From the sequence record SRR22947727_2435: a stretch of 64,000 bases of DNA. One strand, 5' to 3'. The notes below the pieces were generated by a model that saw nothing but the letters and a program-made list of their open reading frames with translations, was not told the DNA's origin and did not search any database. Each line of letters starts with the position of its first letter. The stretch's first letter is position 1. The translations under genes and the position numbers were made by a program. Shown here piece after piece: positions 10,977 through 21,349 of this stretch.

Positions 10977-11728
10977 TGGCTACCCAAACAGCTGGCCCTT
11001 CCACCGAGATTGCGGAGATTCCGTCCTTCACTGTGACGTTCATCGTTCGTCGGTTTGACCCCGAGAAGGACGCCGAGCCTTACTGGGAAGACTTCGATGT
11101 CGAGATGTATGCCACGGACCGTGTGCTCGATGGCCTCCACAAGATCAAGTGGGACATCGATGGCACCCTGAGCTTCCGTCGCAGCTGCGCTCACGGAATC
11201 TGTGGGTCTGACGCTATGCGCATCAATGGCCGCAACCGCCTTGCCTGCAAGACACTGATCAAGGACCTCGACATCTCTCAGCCCATCTATGTTGAGGCCA
11301 TCAAGGGTCTGCCCTTGGAAAAGGACCTCATCGTCGACATGGAGCCTTTCTTTGAGTCCTATCGCCAGGTTCAGCCCTTCCTGATCGCCTCCTCCAAGCC
11401 TGACAAGGAGCGCCTGCAGTCCCCCGAGGACCGTGCACGTTTCGATGACACCACCAAGTGCATCCTGTGTGCAGCGTGTACCTCCAGCTGCCCGGTGTTC
11501 TGGACGGACGGTCAGTACTTTGGTCCTGCTGCCATCGTGAACGCTCACCGCTTTATCTTTGACTCGCGTGATGAAGGTGCTCAGGTCCGCTTGGACATCC
11601 TGAATGACAAAGAAGGTGTGTGGCGTTGCCGCACCACCTTCAACTGCACCGAAGCGTGCCCTCGCGGTATCGAGGTGACCAAAGCCATCGCTGAGGTCAA
11701 GCAGGCTGTCCTCCGCGGTCGCCCGTAA
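10976..11728 (+). CDS. sdhB: Succinate dehydrogenase iron-sulfur subunit
   Basis: SCAHGICGSD, CILCAACTSSCP and CRTTFNCTEACP Fe-S motifs; ATG overlaps the sdhA TAA. Confidence 0.97.
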   Translation: MATQTAGPSTEIAEIPSFTVTFIVRRFDPEKDAEPYWEDFDVEMYATDRVLDGLHKIKWDIDGTLSFRRSCAHGICGSDAMRINGRNRLACKTLIKDLDISQPIYVEAIKGLPLEKDLIVDMEPFFESYRQVQPFLIASSKPDKERLQSPEDRARFDDTTKCILCAACTSSCPVFWTDGQYFGPAAIVNAHRFIFDSRDEGAQVRLDILNDKEGVWRCRTTFNCTEACPRGIEVTKAIAEVKQAVLRGRP

Positions 11729-11736
11729 GTTCAGCC

Positions 11737-12564
11737 ATGGTGCGGGTGGCGAGCGTCAACGTCAATGGCGTTCGCGCTGCCTTTCGCAAAGGCATGCAGC
11801 CCTGGCTAGGAGCCTCTGGGGTCGATGTCTTAGCGCTTCAAGAAGTCCGAGCCGAGCGAGAAGACCTCGAAGCCTTGCTCGGTGATGACTGGGTTATCGC
11901 CCACGATGCGGCCTCCCAAAAAGGGCGAGCAGGGGTGGCTATCGCCACCAAGGTGAGTCACGACGATGTGCGGGTGGATTTTGGTCCGAAATCTGTCGAC
12001 ACTGCGGGTCGTTGGGTGGAAGTCGACCTCACGACTCCCTCTGGCAACCCGTTTACTGTTGTGAGCTGCTACGTGCACTCCGGTGAAGCAGGGACTCCCA
12101 AACAAGATGCCAAGTACGAATTCTTAGAAATCATGACCAAGCGCATGGCGGAGCTTGGTGCCAGTGATCGCCCCACCGTGGTCGTGGGAGACCTCAATGT
12201 CGGCCATCGCTGGCTCGATATCCGCAATTGGAAAGGCAACCTCAAAAACTCGGGATTCCTTCCCGAGGAGCGTGCCTACTTTGATACCTGGATTGGCCAC
12301 GAAGACTCCGAGGACTACAACCTGGGAACCGGCGGTCGGTTTGTGGATGTTGGTCGCAAGGTCCACGGTGAAGTTGAGGGCCCCTATAGCTGGTGGAGTT
12401 GGAGAGGCAAAGCGTTCGATAACGACACCGGATGGCGTATTGATTACCACCTCGCCAATGCGCCATTGGCGGCCACAGTCACGGACTACCGGATTGACCG
12501 TGCTCCCAGCTATGACACCAGGTGGTCAGATCACGCGCCCGTCATCGCTGACTACGACATCTAG
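11737..12564 (+). CDS. xth: Exodeoxyribonuclease III / AP endonuclease
   Basis: SVNVNGVRA, LQEVR, GDLNVGH, GWRIDY and SDHAPV motifs. Confidence 0.93.
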   Translation: MVRVASVNVNGVRAAFRKGMQPWLGASGVDVLALQEVRAEREDLEALLGDDWVIAHDAASQKGRAGVAIATKVSHDDVRVDFGPKSVDTAGRWVEVDLTTPSGNPFTVVSCYVHSGEAGTPKQDAKYEFLEIMTKRMAELGASDRPTVVVGDLNVGHRWLDIRNWKGNLKNSGFLPEERAYFDTWIGHEDSEDYNLGTGGRFVDVGRKVHGEVEGPYSWWSWRGKAFDNDTGWRIDYHLANAPLAATVTDYRIDRAPSYDTRWSDHAPVIADYDI

Positions 12565-12577
12565 TCCGTTACGCTAA

Positions 12578-13588
<1,011 letters not shown>

Positions 13589-13612
13589 CAAGCCTCGCGT
13601 AAGGTTGCTGAT

Positions 13613-14926
13613 GTGAAAATCTCTGTCATTGGCTGTGGCTATTTGGGTGCCGTTCACGCAGCATCAATGGCAGAACTGGGTCACGACGTCATCGGCATTG
13701 ACGTGGACCCAGCGCGCATCGAATCGCTACAACAGGGCATCGCACCCTTTCACGAACCGGGATTTGATGCGCTGTTGCAGAAAAATGCGTCACGCCTCAC
13801 CTTCACGACCGACATGTCTGCATTAGGGGACGCCACCGTTCACTTTGTCGCCGTAGGAACCCCGCAATCAGCGGATGGTTCTGTGGACATGACCTATGTC
13901 AACAGTGCCATTGAGGGGCTCACTCCCTACCTCTCAGAGGGCGACCTTGTTGTCGGTAAGTCGACTGTTCCTGTGGGAACCGCGGAGCGTCTTGCAGCCC
14001 AGGTGACACCAACCGGGGCAATTCTGATGTGGAACCCTGAGTTTCTTCGGGAAGGGTTCGCTGTCGAAGACACGTTGTCTCCCGACCGCCTTGTCTATGG
14101 GGTTCCAGAGGGGAGCGACGGGGACACAGCCACTGCAATCCTGGACGAAGTGTATGCCGGGATTCTTGCGGAGGACACCCCACGCTTAGTGATGAACTTC
14201 GCCACAGCAGAACTGGTCAAAGTCGCGGCCAACTCTTTCCTCGCCACGAAGATTTCCTTTATCAACGCGATGGCCGAAATTGCAGATGTCACCGGCGCCA
14301 ACGTCACCCAGCTCGCTGATGCCATCGGGTATGACACCCGCATCGGGCGTCGATTCTTGAACGCCGGAATTGGCTTTGGTGGAGGGTGTCTCCCCAAAGA
14401 CATCCGAGGTTTTGTTGCTAGAGCAGAAGAGCTCGGAGTGGGTGAAGCGCTCTCGTTCCTGAAGGACGTCGATGACATCAACTTGCGCAGGCGTGCTCGC
14501 GTGGTGGATGTGCTCGCGGAGGAGCTCGGGGACCTGTCGGGCACAACCATCGCAGTGTGGGGAATCTCGTTCAAGCCGGATTCAGATGACATTCGTGACT
14601 CCCCTGCTCTCGATATCGCAGAATCACTCGCGAGGGCAGGCGCCACCGTCATCTCTGCAGATCCAGAGGGTTGGAAGCCGGCACAAGCGCGTATCGAGCG
14701 CGCAGGACTCTCTGCATCGCTCACCACAACCGACAATCACCGTTACGCGGTGACAGGAGCAGATGCCCTGGTGATTGCCACCGAATGGAAAGTTTTCCAA
14801 GAGGAAGATGCCGCAGCTATCGGCGAAGTGATGGCTCAGAAACTCGTAGTCGATGGTAGGAACTGCCTGAATGCGAACGCGTGGAAAGAAGCTGGCTTCC
14901 GCTATCGCGGAATGGGTCGAGCCTAG
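13613..14926 (+). CDS. ugd: UDP-glucose 6-dehydrogenase
   Basis: GCGYLG, KSTVPVGT, NPEFLREG, GFGGGCLPKD and FKPDSDDIRDSP motifs. Confidence 0.93.
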   Translation: MKISVIGCGYLGAVHAASMAELGHDVIGIDVDPARIESLQQGIAPFHEPGFDALLQKNASRLTFTTDMSALGDATVHFVAVGTPQSADGSVDMTYVNSAIEGLTPYLSEGDLVVGKSTVPVGTAERLAAQVTPTGAILMWNPEFLREGFAVEDTLSPDRLVYGVPEGSDGDTATAILDEVYAGILAEDTPRLVMNFATAELVKVAANSFLATKISFINAMAEIADVTGANVTQLADAIGYDTRIGRRFLNAGIGFGGGCLPKDIRGFVARAEELGVGEALSFLKDVDDINLRRRARVVDVLAEELGDLSGTTIAVWGISFKPDSDDIRDSPALDIAESLARAGATVISADPEGWKPAQARIERAGLSASLTTTDNHRYAVTGADALVIATEWKVFQEEDAAAIGEVMAQKLVVDGRNCLNANAWKEAGFRYRGMGRA

Positions 14927-14930
14927 GCCT

Positions 14931-16439
14931 CTAGTCGACCCAGTCGAAGGTTCGAGTAACGGCCTTCTTCCACAGTCGGAGTTTCTCCTCGCGTTCGTCC
15001 TCCGGCATCGAGGGAACAAAGCGCTTGTCTTCACTCCATTTGCCACGGAGTTCGTCACAGTCTTTCCAGAAGCCGACCGCAAGACCTGCGGCATATGCCG
15101 CACCCAAGGCGGTCGTCTCTGCCACCAGTGGCCTCACCACCGGCACACCCAAAATGTCTGCCTGGAACTGCATCAGGGTCTCGTTCTTCACCATGCCGCC
15201 ATCCACGTTGAGTTCGGTGAGATTGACTCCAGCATCGGCGTTCACAGCATCGAGAACTTCCCGGGTCTGAAAGGCCGTGGCTTCCAAGGCCGCGCGAGCT
15301 ATGTGTCCCTTGTTGATGAATCGAGTGAGTCCCACAATCACTCCTCTTGCATCCGAGCGCCAGTAGGGAGCAAAGAGGCCCGAGAACGCGGGAACTACAT
15401 AACAGCCCCCGTTATCGGGAACACTGGCGGCTAGCGCCTCCACCTCTTTGGCATCAGAAATAATCCCCAGGTTGTCACGCAGCCACTGCACGAGAGACCC
15501 TGTGACGGCGATAGAGCCCTCCAGGGCATAGCGAGGGGCTTCCTCACCCAACTGGTAGGCGACCGTGGTGAGAAGCCCGTTCTGCGACGTCACGGGCTCC
15601 TCTCCCGTGTTGACGATGAGGAAGTTTCCCGTGCCATAGGTGTTTTTGGATTCGCCCTTGTCGAAGGCGGCTTGTCCAAAGGTGGCAGCCTGCTGGTCAC
15701 CGAGGATTCCGGCGATGGGAACTTCGCGCAACAAGCTAGAAGAGTGGGCGTGCCCAAAAACTTCTGAGGACGAGCGAATCTCGGGCAGGAGCGACGCGGG
15801 GATACCCCACGCATCCAAAAGACCCTGATCCCAGGTGCAGGTGTGAAGGTCCATCAGGAGGGTTCGTGACGCGTTGGTCACATCGGTAGCGTGAACTCCC
15901 CTATCGATTCCCCCTGTGAGGTTCCAGAGCAACCACGTGTCAGGTGTCCCAAATGCTAGTTCTCCTGCTTCCGCGGCCGCTCTCGCACCCTCCACATGAT
16001 TAAGAATCCAGACAATCTTGCTGGCTGAGAAGTAGGTGGCAAGGGGCAGTCCTGTCTTGGCCCTGGACGCCTCGCTTCCGAGTGAAGCCTCCATCACATC
16101 GACGATGTCTTGAGTTCTGGTGTCTTGCCAGACCAGTGCGTTGTGGATTGCTTTCCCAGTCTTTCGATTCCAGATGATCGCGGTCTCACGCTGGTTGGTA
16201 ATCCCAATACCGGCAATGTCGTGACGAGTCAGTTGTGCCCTCGAGAGAGCCTCACCCATCACCTCCCGGGCATTGGTCCAGATTTCCTCGGGTGAGTGCT
16301 CCACATATCCGGCCTGAGGGAAGATTTGCTCGTGTTCGCGCTGGCTGGACGACACAATGTCACCGTCATGGGAAAAGATGATGGCTCTGGAGCTCGTCGT
16401 TCCCGAATCAATCGCCATGATGTGTGACGCCATTGTCAT
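14931..16439 (-). CDS. glpK: Glycerol kinase
   Basis: [35 protein letters not shown] and FSGLFAPYW motifs. Confidence 0.97.
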   Translation of the reverse strand: MTMASHIMAIDSGTTSSRAIIFSHDGDIVSSSQREHEQIFPQAGYVEHSPEEIWTNAREVMGEALSRAQLTRHDIAGIGITNQRETAIIWNRKTGKAIHNALVWQDTRTQDIVDVMEASLGSEASRAKTGLPLATYFSASKIVWILNHVEGARAAAEAGELAFGTPDTWLLWNLTGGIDRGVHATDVTNASRTLLMDLHTCTWDQGLLDAWGIPASLLPEIRSSSEVFGHAHSSSLLREVPIAGILGDQQAATFGQAAFDKGESKNTYGTGNFLIVNTGEEPVTSQNGLLTTVAYQLGEEAPRYALEGSIAVTGSLVQWLRDNLGIISDAKEVEALAASVPDNGGCYVVPAFSGLFAPYWRSDARGVIVGLTRFINKGHIARAALEATAFQTREVLDAVNADAGVNLTELNVDGGMVKNETLMQFQADILGVPVVRPLVAETTALGAAYAAGLAVGFWKDCDELRGKWSEDKRFVPSMPEDEREEKLRLWKKAVTRTFDWVD

Positions 16440-16500
16440 GCCCTCATTCCCTTAGGGGGCTTCAATTTTCAGCCAAAAACCGTATAGTGAAGCTTAGTAA

Positions 16501-16630
16501 ACGTGCTCCGGGGTCAGTGAAAATCTGAGCCGGCGGTGATAGTCCGCGACCCGACTGCAGAGCAATCTGTTGGCGGTTGACTGGGTGAAACTCCCAGACC
16601 GACGGTTAAAGTCCGGATGGTAGGAGACGT
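16501..16630 (+). ncRNA. FMN riboswitch (RFN element)
   Basis: ACGTGCTCCGGGGTCAGTGAAAATCTGAGCCGGCGGT...AGTCCGCGACCCG...GGTGAAACTCC..ACCGACGGTTAAAGTCCGGATG.TAGGAGACGT matches the RFN consensus; directly upstream of the rib operon. Confidence 0.93.
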
Positions 16631-16638
16631 GAAACTGA

Positions 16639-16664
16639 GGTGGGAATTTTTCCCACCGCTTTTT
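16639..16664 (+). terminator. Intrinsic terminator in the FMN riboswitch expression platform
   Basis: GGTGGGAA-TTT-TTCCCACC followed by GCTTTTT. Confidence 0.7.
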
Positions 16665-16707
16665 GTGTTGCCTTTCCCGGAGCGACCCACACAAGGGACC
16701 AGACCGG

Positions 16708-17757
16708 ATGACCATGGCGACTTCTTCACCTGCTGAGTATCAAGCGGCCATGACGCGCGCCCTGGAGCTTGCGACGAAGGGTCCGCGGACAGGACCAAAC
16801 CCCCAAGTGGGATGCGTCCTGCTCGATTCGTCCAACGCCATCGTCGCTGAGGGCTGGCACGAGGGCTCTGGAACCCCCCACGCAGAAGTCATGGCGCTCA
16901 CGAACCTTACTCACTCTGGTCTCTCCTCTCAAGGCCTGACTGCCGTGGTGACCCTGGAACCTTGCGCCCACACCGGCAAGACAGGCCCTTGTGCCGAGGC
17001 TCTCCTGAACGCTGGCATTGCCCGGGTTATCTATGCCGTCTCAGACCCAGGAGCGGCCTCAGGAGGCGGAGCCGAGCTTCTTAGTGCTTCCGGAGTAGAA
17101 GTAATCGCTGGTGTCGAGCCGTCCGCGGGAGAGGCACTGATTGAGCGCTGGTTACACTCCGTCACAGCGTCTCGTCCTTGGGTGACGCTCAAGTGGGCGA
17201 TGTCCCTCGAAGGTCGAACTGCAGCCGCTGATGGCACAAGCCAGTGGATCACCGGAGAGGAAACGCGGGCGAAAGTCCACCGTGATCGTTCCGAACATGA
17301 CGCCATCATCGTGGGTATCAACACTGTGCTCGTGGACAATCCGCGTCTCACGGCCAGAACGCCCGAGGGTGATCTGTATCCTCACCAACCCCTCGCCATC
17401 GTGATGGGGCATCGGGAAGTTCCCCAGGATGCCCTGATTCGGGAGCACCCCGGCGGCTTTGAACACGTGAATGACCATGATGTTCAGGCGTTGCTGACCT
17501 CACTGGCTGAGCGAGATATCCGCAGCGTCTATGTCGAGGGTGGCGCAACACTGGCCAGCGCTTTCCTGGCAATGGGCCTTGCGGACGAGCTCCACATCAC
17601 GATGGGACCGATGTTGCTGGGGGGACCTAACCTCGCCATCACCGATCTCGGTGTATCAACAATGGCCGACGCCCACCACCTGTCCATTACTGACATCCAA
17701 CGCTTGGGTGAGGACATTGTCCTCACCGCACGACCTCAACAGGAAGGGAGCCTCTGA
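16708..17757 (+). CDS. ribD: Bifunctional diaminohydroxyphosphoribosylaminopyrimidine deaminase/reductase
   Basis: NPQVGC, HAE, TLEPCAHTGKTGPC, SQWITG and VEGG motifs; start ATG 16708 (or 16714). Confidence 0.95.
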   Translation: MTMATSSPAEYQAAMTRALELATKGPRTGPNPQVGCVLLDSSNAIVAEGWHEGSGTPHAEVMALTNLTHSGLSSQGLTAVVTLEPCAHTGKTGPCAEALLNAGIARVIYAVSDPGAASGGGAELLSASGVEVIAGVEPSAGEALIERWLHSVTASRPWVTLKWAMSLEGRTAAADGTSQWITGEETRAKVHRDRSEHDAIIVGINTVLVDNPRLTARTPEGDLYPHQPLAIVMGHREVPQDALIREHPGGFEHVNDHDVQALLTSLAERDIRSVYVEGGATLASAFLAMGLADELHITMGPMLLGGPNLAITDLGVSTMADAHHLSITDIQRLGEDIVLTARPQQEGSL

Positions 17758-18365
17758 TGTTCACTGGGCTCATAGAAGAAATTGGCTCCATCACGTCCCT
17801 CGCGGACAGCGGTGATGGTGCAATCGTCGAGATTGCCGCCCACACAGTGCTCGAAGATGTGTCCCACGGGGACTCCATCGCCATTAGTGGTGTGTGCTTG
17901 ACCGTTATCGACTACACCTCCTCGTCTTTCCGCGCCGACGTCATGAAGGAGACACTGCTTCACTCTGCTGCCAGCGGATGGAAGCCCGGCAAGAGAGTGA
18001 ATCTCGAGCGTGCTGCCCGAGTCGGGGACCGACTCGGGGGCCACATCGTTCAAGGTCACGTAGACGCCGTTGCTGAGGTCCTAGAGGTTCGACCTGGAGA
18101 CCAGTGGAGAGTCATTCGTTTCTCTCTGAGAGACGACATCGCCCCGTTGGTCGCACACAAGGGATCCATCACTCTCGACGGTGTCTCGCTCACCGTTTCG
18201 GCGGTCGGGAGAGACTGGGCTGAGGTTTCCCTTATCCCAGAAACCTTGGTTGCCACCACACTCGGTGAGGCAGAGGTGGGAAATCTGATGAATGTCGAGA
18301 CGGATGTGCTGGCCCGCCACGTCCTCCGCCTTCGAGAGTTCGCCATGGATGGAGCATCGTCATGA
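17757..18365 (+). CDS. ribE: Riboflavin synthase (alpha chain)
   Basis: MFTGLIEE, GVCLTV, VNLERA and GGHIVQGHVD motifs. Confidence 0.96.
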   Translation: MFTGLIEEIGSITSLADSGDGAIVEIAAHTVLEDVSHGDSIAISGVCLTVIDYTSSSFRADVMKETLLHSAASGWKPGKRVNLERAARVGDRLGGHIVQGHVDAVAEVLEVRPGDQWRVIRFSLRDDIAPLVAHKGSITLDGVSLTVSAVGRDWAEVSLIPETLVATTLGEAEVGNLMNVETDVLARHVLRLREFAMDGASS

Positions 18366-19648
18366 GTATTGGCACCATCGAAGAGGCGTTGGAGCACCTG
18401 CGTCTTGGTCGACCCATCATCGTGGTCGATGACGAGGCTCGCGAGAACGAGGGTGACCTCGTTCTCAGTGCACAGCTCGCCACCCCAGAGTGGGTGGGGT
18501 TCACCATCCGGCATTCGTCAGGCTATTTGTGCGCACCGATGCCCGCCGACAAGGCTGTTGCCCTCAACCTCCCGCCTATGGTGGCGGACAACGAGGATCC
18601 CAGGAAGACCGCGTACACAGTCAGCGTTGATGCAGCAACAGGAATCACCACCGGTATTAGCGCGTCCGATCGGACGCGCACACTCCGCGTCCTCGCTGAC
18701 CCTGGCTCGACTCCTGCGTCCCTGATTCGACCTGGACACATCGTCCCGTTGAAGGCAGCCTCCGGTGGCGTGAAAGAGCGCGCCGGACACACGGAAGCCG
18801 CCGTGGAACTCATGCAGCTCGCCGGACTCGAACCCGTTGCCGTGATTGGTGAAGTTGTCGGTGACGACGGAGAGCTACTGCGCCTCCCCCAACTCTTGGA
18901 GATGGGCGAGCGAGAGCGCATCCCGGTCGTCACCATTGCTCAGCTCATCAAAGAAATCGATGACAACCCCGATGGGGTTGATCTTCGAGTCCCCCGTCAT
19001 CGTCCCGTGGCCGATCAGCGCGTGATCTTTGAAGTCGAGACTCGGGTTCCCACGGAACATGGAACGTTTGATCTTCGTGCTTATCGGGATCGCGCCACAG
19101 GAGCTGACCACATCGCCATTGTCTCTGGTGAGCCACATGACGACATGCTGGTGCGTCTGCACTCAGAGTGCCTGACCGGCGAAGCTATGGGGTCACTCAA
19201 GTGTGAGTGTGGGCCACAGCTGCAGGCTGCCATGGAGCGCATCAACGAAGAAGGTGGCATCGTCATCTACCTCCGCGGCCACGAAGGACGAGGCATTGGA
19301 CTCGTCAACAAACTCCGCGCCTACCGGCTTCAAGAGCTGGGGCTCGACACCCTGGACGCCAACCTTGCCTTGGGCCTCCCCGCAGACGCAAGAGACTACG
19401 GCGCTGCCGCAGCAATTCTTGCGGACATGGGCGTTGGCTCAGTGAGGCTGCTGTCAAACAACCCGGAGAAGCGCCGTCAGCTGGAGCAGCACGGTATCAC
19501 GGTCACCTCACTCGAACCTCTCGTGGTGGGAGTGGGAGAAGTCAACACTGCCTACCTCGAGGCAAAACGCGACCGTATGGGTCACCACCTACCGGGTGAG
19601 CTTGCCACCGGCGCTATCACCATCCCGAAAGAAGGACTAACGCCATGA
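18362..19648 (+). CDS. ribBA: Bifunctional DHBP synthase / GTP cyclohydrolase II
   Basis: DDEARENEGD, RAGHTEA, RLHSECLTGE, CECGPQL and EGRGIGL motifs. Confidence 0.96.
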   Translation: MSIGTIEEALEHLRLGRPIIVVDDEARENEGDLVLSAQLATPEWVGFTIRHSSGYLCAPMPADKAVALNLPPMVADNEDPRKTAYTVSVDAATGITTGISASDRTRTLRVLADPGSTPASLIRPGHIVPLKAASGGVKERAGHTEAAVELMQLAGLEPVAVIGEVVGDDGELLRLPQLLEMGERERIPVVTIAQLIKEIDDNPDGVDLRVPRHRPVADQRVIFEVETRVPTEHGTFDLRAYRDRATGADHIAIVSGEPHDDMLVRLHSECLTGEAMGSLKCECGPQLQAAMERINEEGGIVIYLRGHEGRGIGLVNKLRAYRLQELGLDTLDANLALGLPADARDYGAAAAILADMGVGSVRLLSNNPEKRRQLEQHGITVTSLEPLVVGVGEVNTAYLEAKRDRMGHHLPGELATGAITIPKEGLTP

Positions 19649-20115
19649 GTGGTCACGGAGCACCCGCCATCAACCTCAGCGGAGCAGAAGGCCTCAAGGT
19701 GACCATCGTCGCCGGAATGTGGCACGAGACAATCGCAGAAGCATTGGTCGCTGGTGCCACTCGTGTTCTGAACGCTGCGGGAGCAGCCACCTCGATTGTG
19801 CGTGTTCCCGGCTCCTTTGAGCTTCCCGTGGTCGCTAAGGCGGCGCTGGAGAACGGAGCTGACGCTGTGGTGGCACTCGGAGTCATCATTCGAGGCGGAA
19901 CCCCACACTTTGAGTATGTGTCCTCTGCCGCCACGACAGGCCTTGCCGATGTTGCCCTCCAGACAGGCAAACCTGTGGGTTTCGGAGTTCTCACCCTCGA
20001 TGATGAGCAACAGGGGTTAGACCGAGCAGGGCTCCCTGGTTCGTCTGAAGACAAGGGAGCGGAGGCGGCGGAAGCCGCCCTTCACACCGCCCTTGTCCTA
20101 AAGGGGCTTCGCTAG
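19645..20115 (+). CDS. ribH: 6,7-dimethyl-8-ribityllumazine synthase
   Basis: VPGSFELP, IRGGTPHFEYV, GFGVLT and KGAEAA motifs. Confidence 0.96.
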   Translation: MSGHGAPAINLSGAEGLKVTIVAGMWHETIAEALVAGATRVLNAAGAATSIVRVPGSFELPVVAKAALENGADAVVALGVIIRGGTPHFEYVSSAATTGLADVALQTGKPVGFGVLTLDDEQQGLDRAGLPGSSEDKGAEAAEAALHTALVLKGLR

Positions 20116-21263
20116 GAAGCGAACTCCCGCACAAAGAAGGTCATCCCGCTTCGCCGGATATCGCGAAGTAGTGAGCGATCCGGCGGAAGGTCTGACCCGA
20201 GCACGCACACAATGGTGTGTGGAGAGATGCCTGCGGTGAGGAGATCCCCGACTAACTCGCGATTGGCGTCATAGTTCCCCACCACAATGGCGGACGAGCT
20301 CTTCGCCATCTCGAGTAGTTCTGACACTGGAGCATCAATCGGCAAGGATTCTGTGTTGCGAAGCGCGCTCGGAATAGATCTGGTGTAGCCAAAACCTTTT
20401 CCATAGAAGCGAGACGTGTCACCGCTGTAATCGTCGAAAAGGTAAGAGGGCTCATAGGCCGCAACTAGCTGTGGCCCCAGCACCTCGCTCAGACCAATAA
20501 ACGTAAACGCACTCAAATAATCGGTGCGGGACGCGAGCGACCGATCGAGAAACAGGACCCGATCAGTCGACATGTCCGAGACGTCAACCAAGTAGGAAGC
20601 CATCGCGTGGGTGGTGAGGTGATCCCGAGACCACTGGGCCAGAAATTCGCGGGTGCCATCATCGGGAAGTGCTGGGCCCTCTGCGATGAGGGAATCAAGA
20701 ACTGACGTCAACAGGCGTTTCGGGTAATGAGCAAGAGCATAGGGATGAGACTGTCCGAGGCTTGGCATCAGGGGAATGGCTCCAGAAAAGACAATCTCGA
20801 GGTGCCGGAACGTATCCCACCCGCCCTTCTTGGTGGAGAGCGCGAAATAGGAGCCTCGGTACTCCTCGAGATAGTCCGCCCAGTTGGTAAACGAATGAGG
20901 AGTTCCTGGATAAGTGGTGGAGAGGAAGTGTGGTCGTGGCGCCACCGGCACGGCCTGCACCCTGGGACTCGGGTAGGAAAAGTTCAGTGGATACGCACCA
21001 TAGCGGGAGTAACACTGGCGAGCAATATCCCGGGGATTCTCTTCGGTGTATCCAGCAGGAACAAACGATCGAACAGGAAGACCCGATGCCTCCCGAATGA
21101 ACAGGGCAGGATTCAACTCGCGGGTGTAGTAATCGGGGCGACCCACCGGCGCCGGATGGGGTGTACCCCTCAGGAGATGACCGAGCTTCATTCGCAGAAT
21201 GCGAGCAGCGCCCACCAGCTTTGACCGCTGGGGAAGCACTCGTGAAGCTTTCTCCTGGGTCAC
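20112..21263 (-). CDS. Hypothetical protein, putative glycosyltransferase-like (exostosin/GT-B-type C-terminal motif)
   Basis: 383-aa ORF filling the gap; TAAACT -10 box 6 nt before GTG; STKKGGWDTFRHLEIVFSGAIP resembles the 'GWD..R.YE....G.IP' motif. Confidence 0.6.
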   Translation of the reverse strand: MTQEKASRVLPQRSKLVGAARILRMKLGHLLRGTPHPAPVGRPDYYTRELNPALFIREASGLPVRSFVPAGYTEENPRDIARQCYSRYGAYPLNFSYPSPRVQAVPVAPRPHFLSTTYPGTPHSFTNWADYLEEYRGSYFALSTKKGGWDTFRHLEIVFSGAIPLMPSLGQSHPYALAHYPKRLLTSVLDSLIAEGPALPDDGTREFLAQWSRDHLTTHAMASYLVDVSDMSTDRVLFLDRSLASRTDYLSAFTFIGLSEVLGPQLVAAYEPSYLFDDYSGDTSRFYGKGFGYTRSIPSALRNTESLPIDAPVSELLEMAKSSSAIVVGNYDANRELVGDLLTAGISPHTIVCVLGSDLPPDRSLLRDIRRSGMTFFVREFAS

Positions 21264-21349
21264 AGTGGGAGTTTATCGGGGAGCGAACACGAGCTCTGGA
21301 GCCCCTGCCATAGGGCACACTCGTAAGTGACCAAGAGAGAGAAGCGCAC

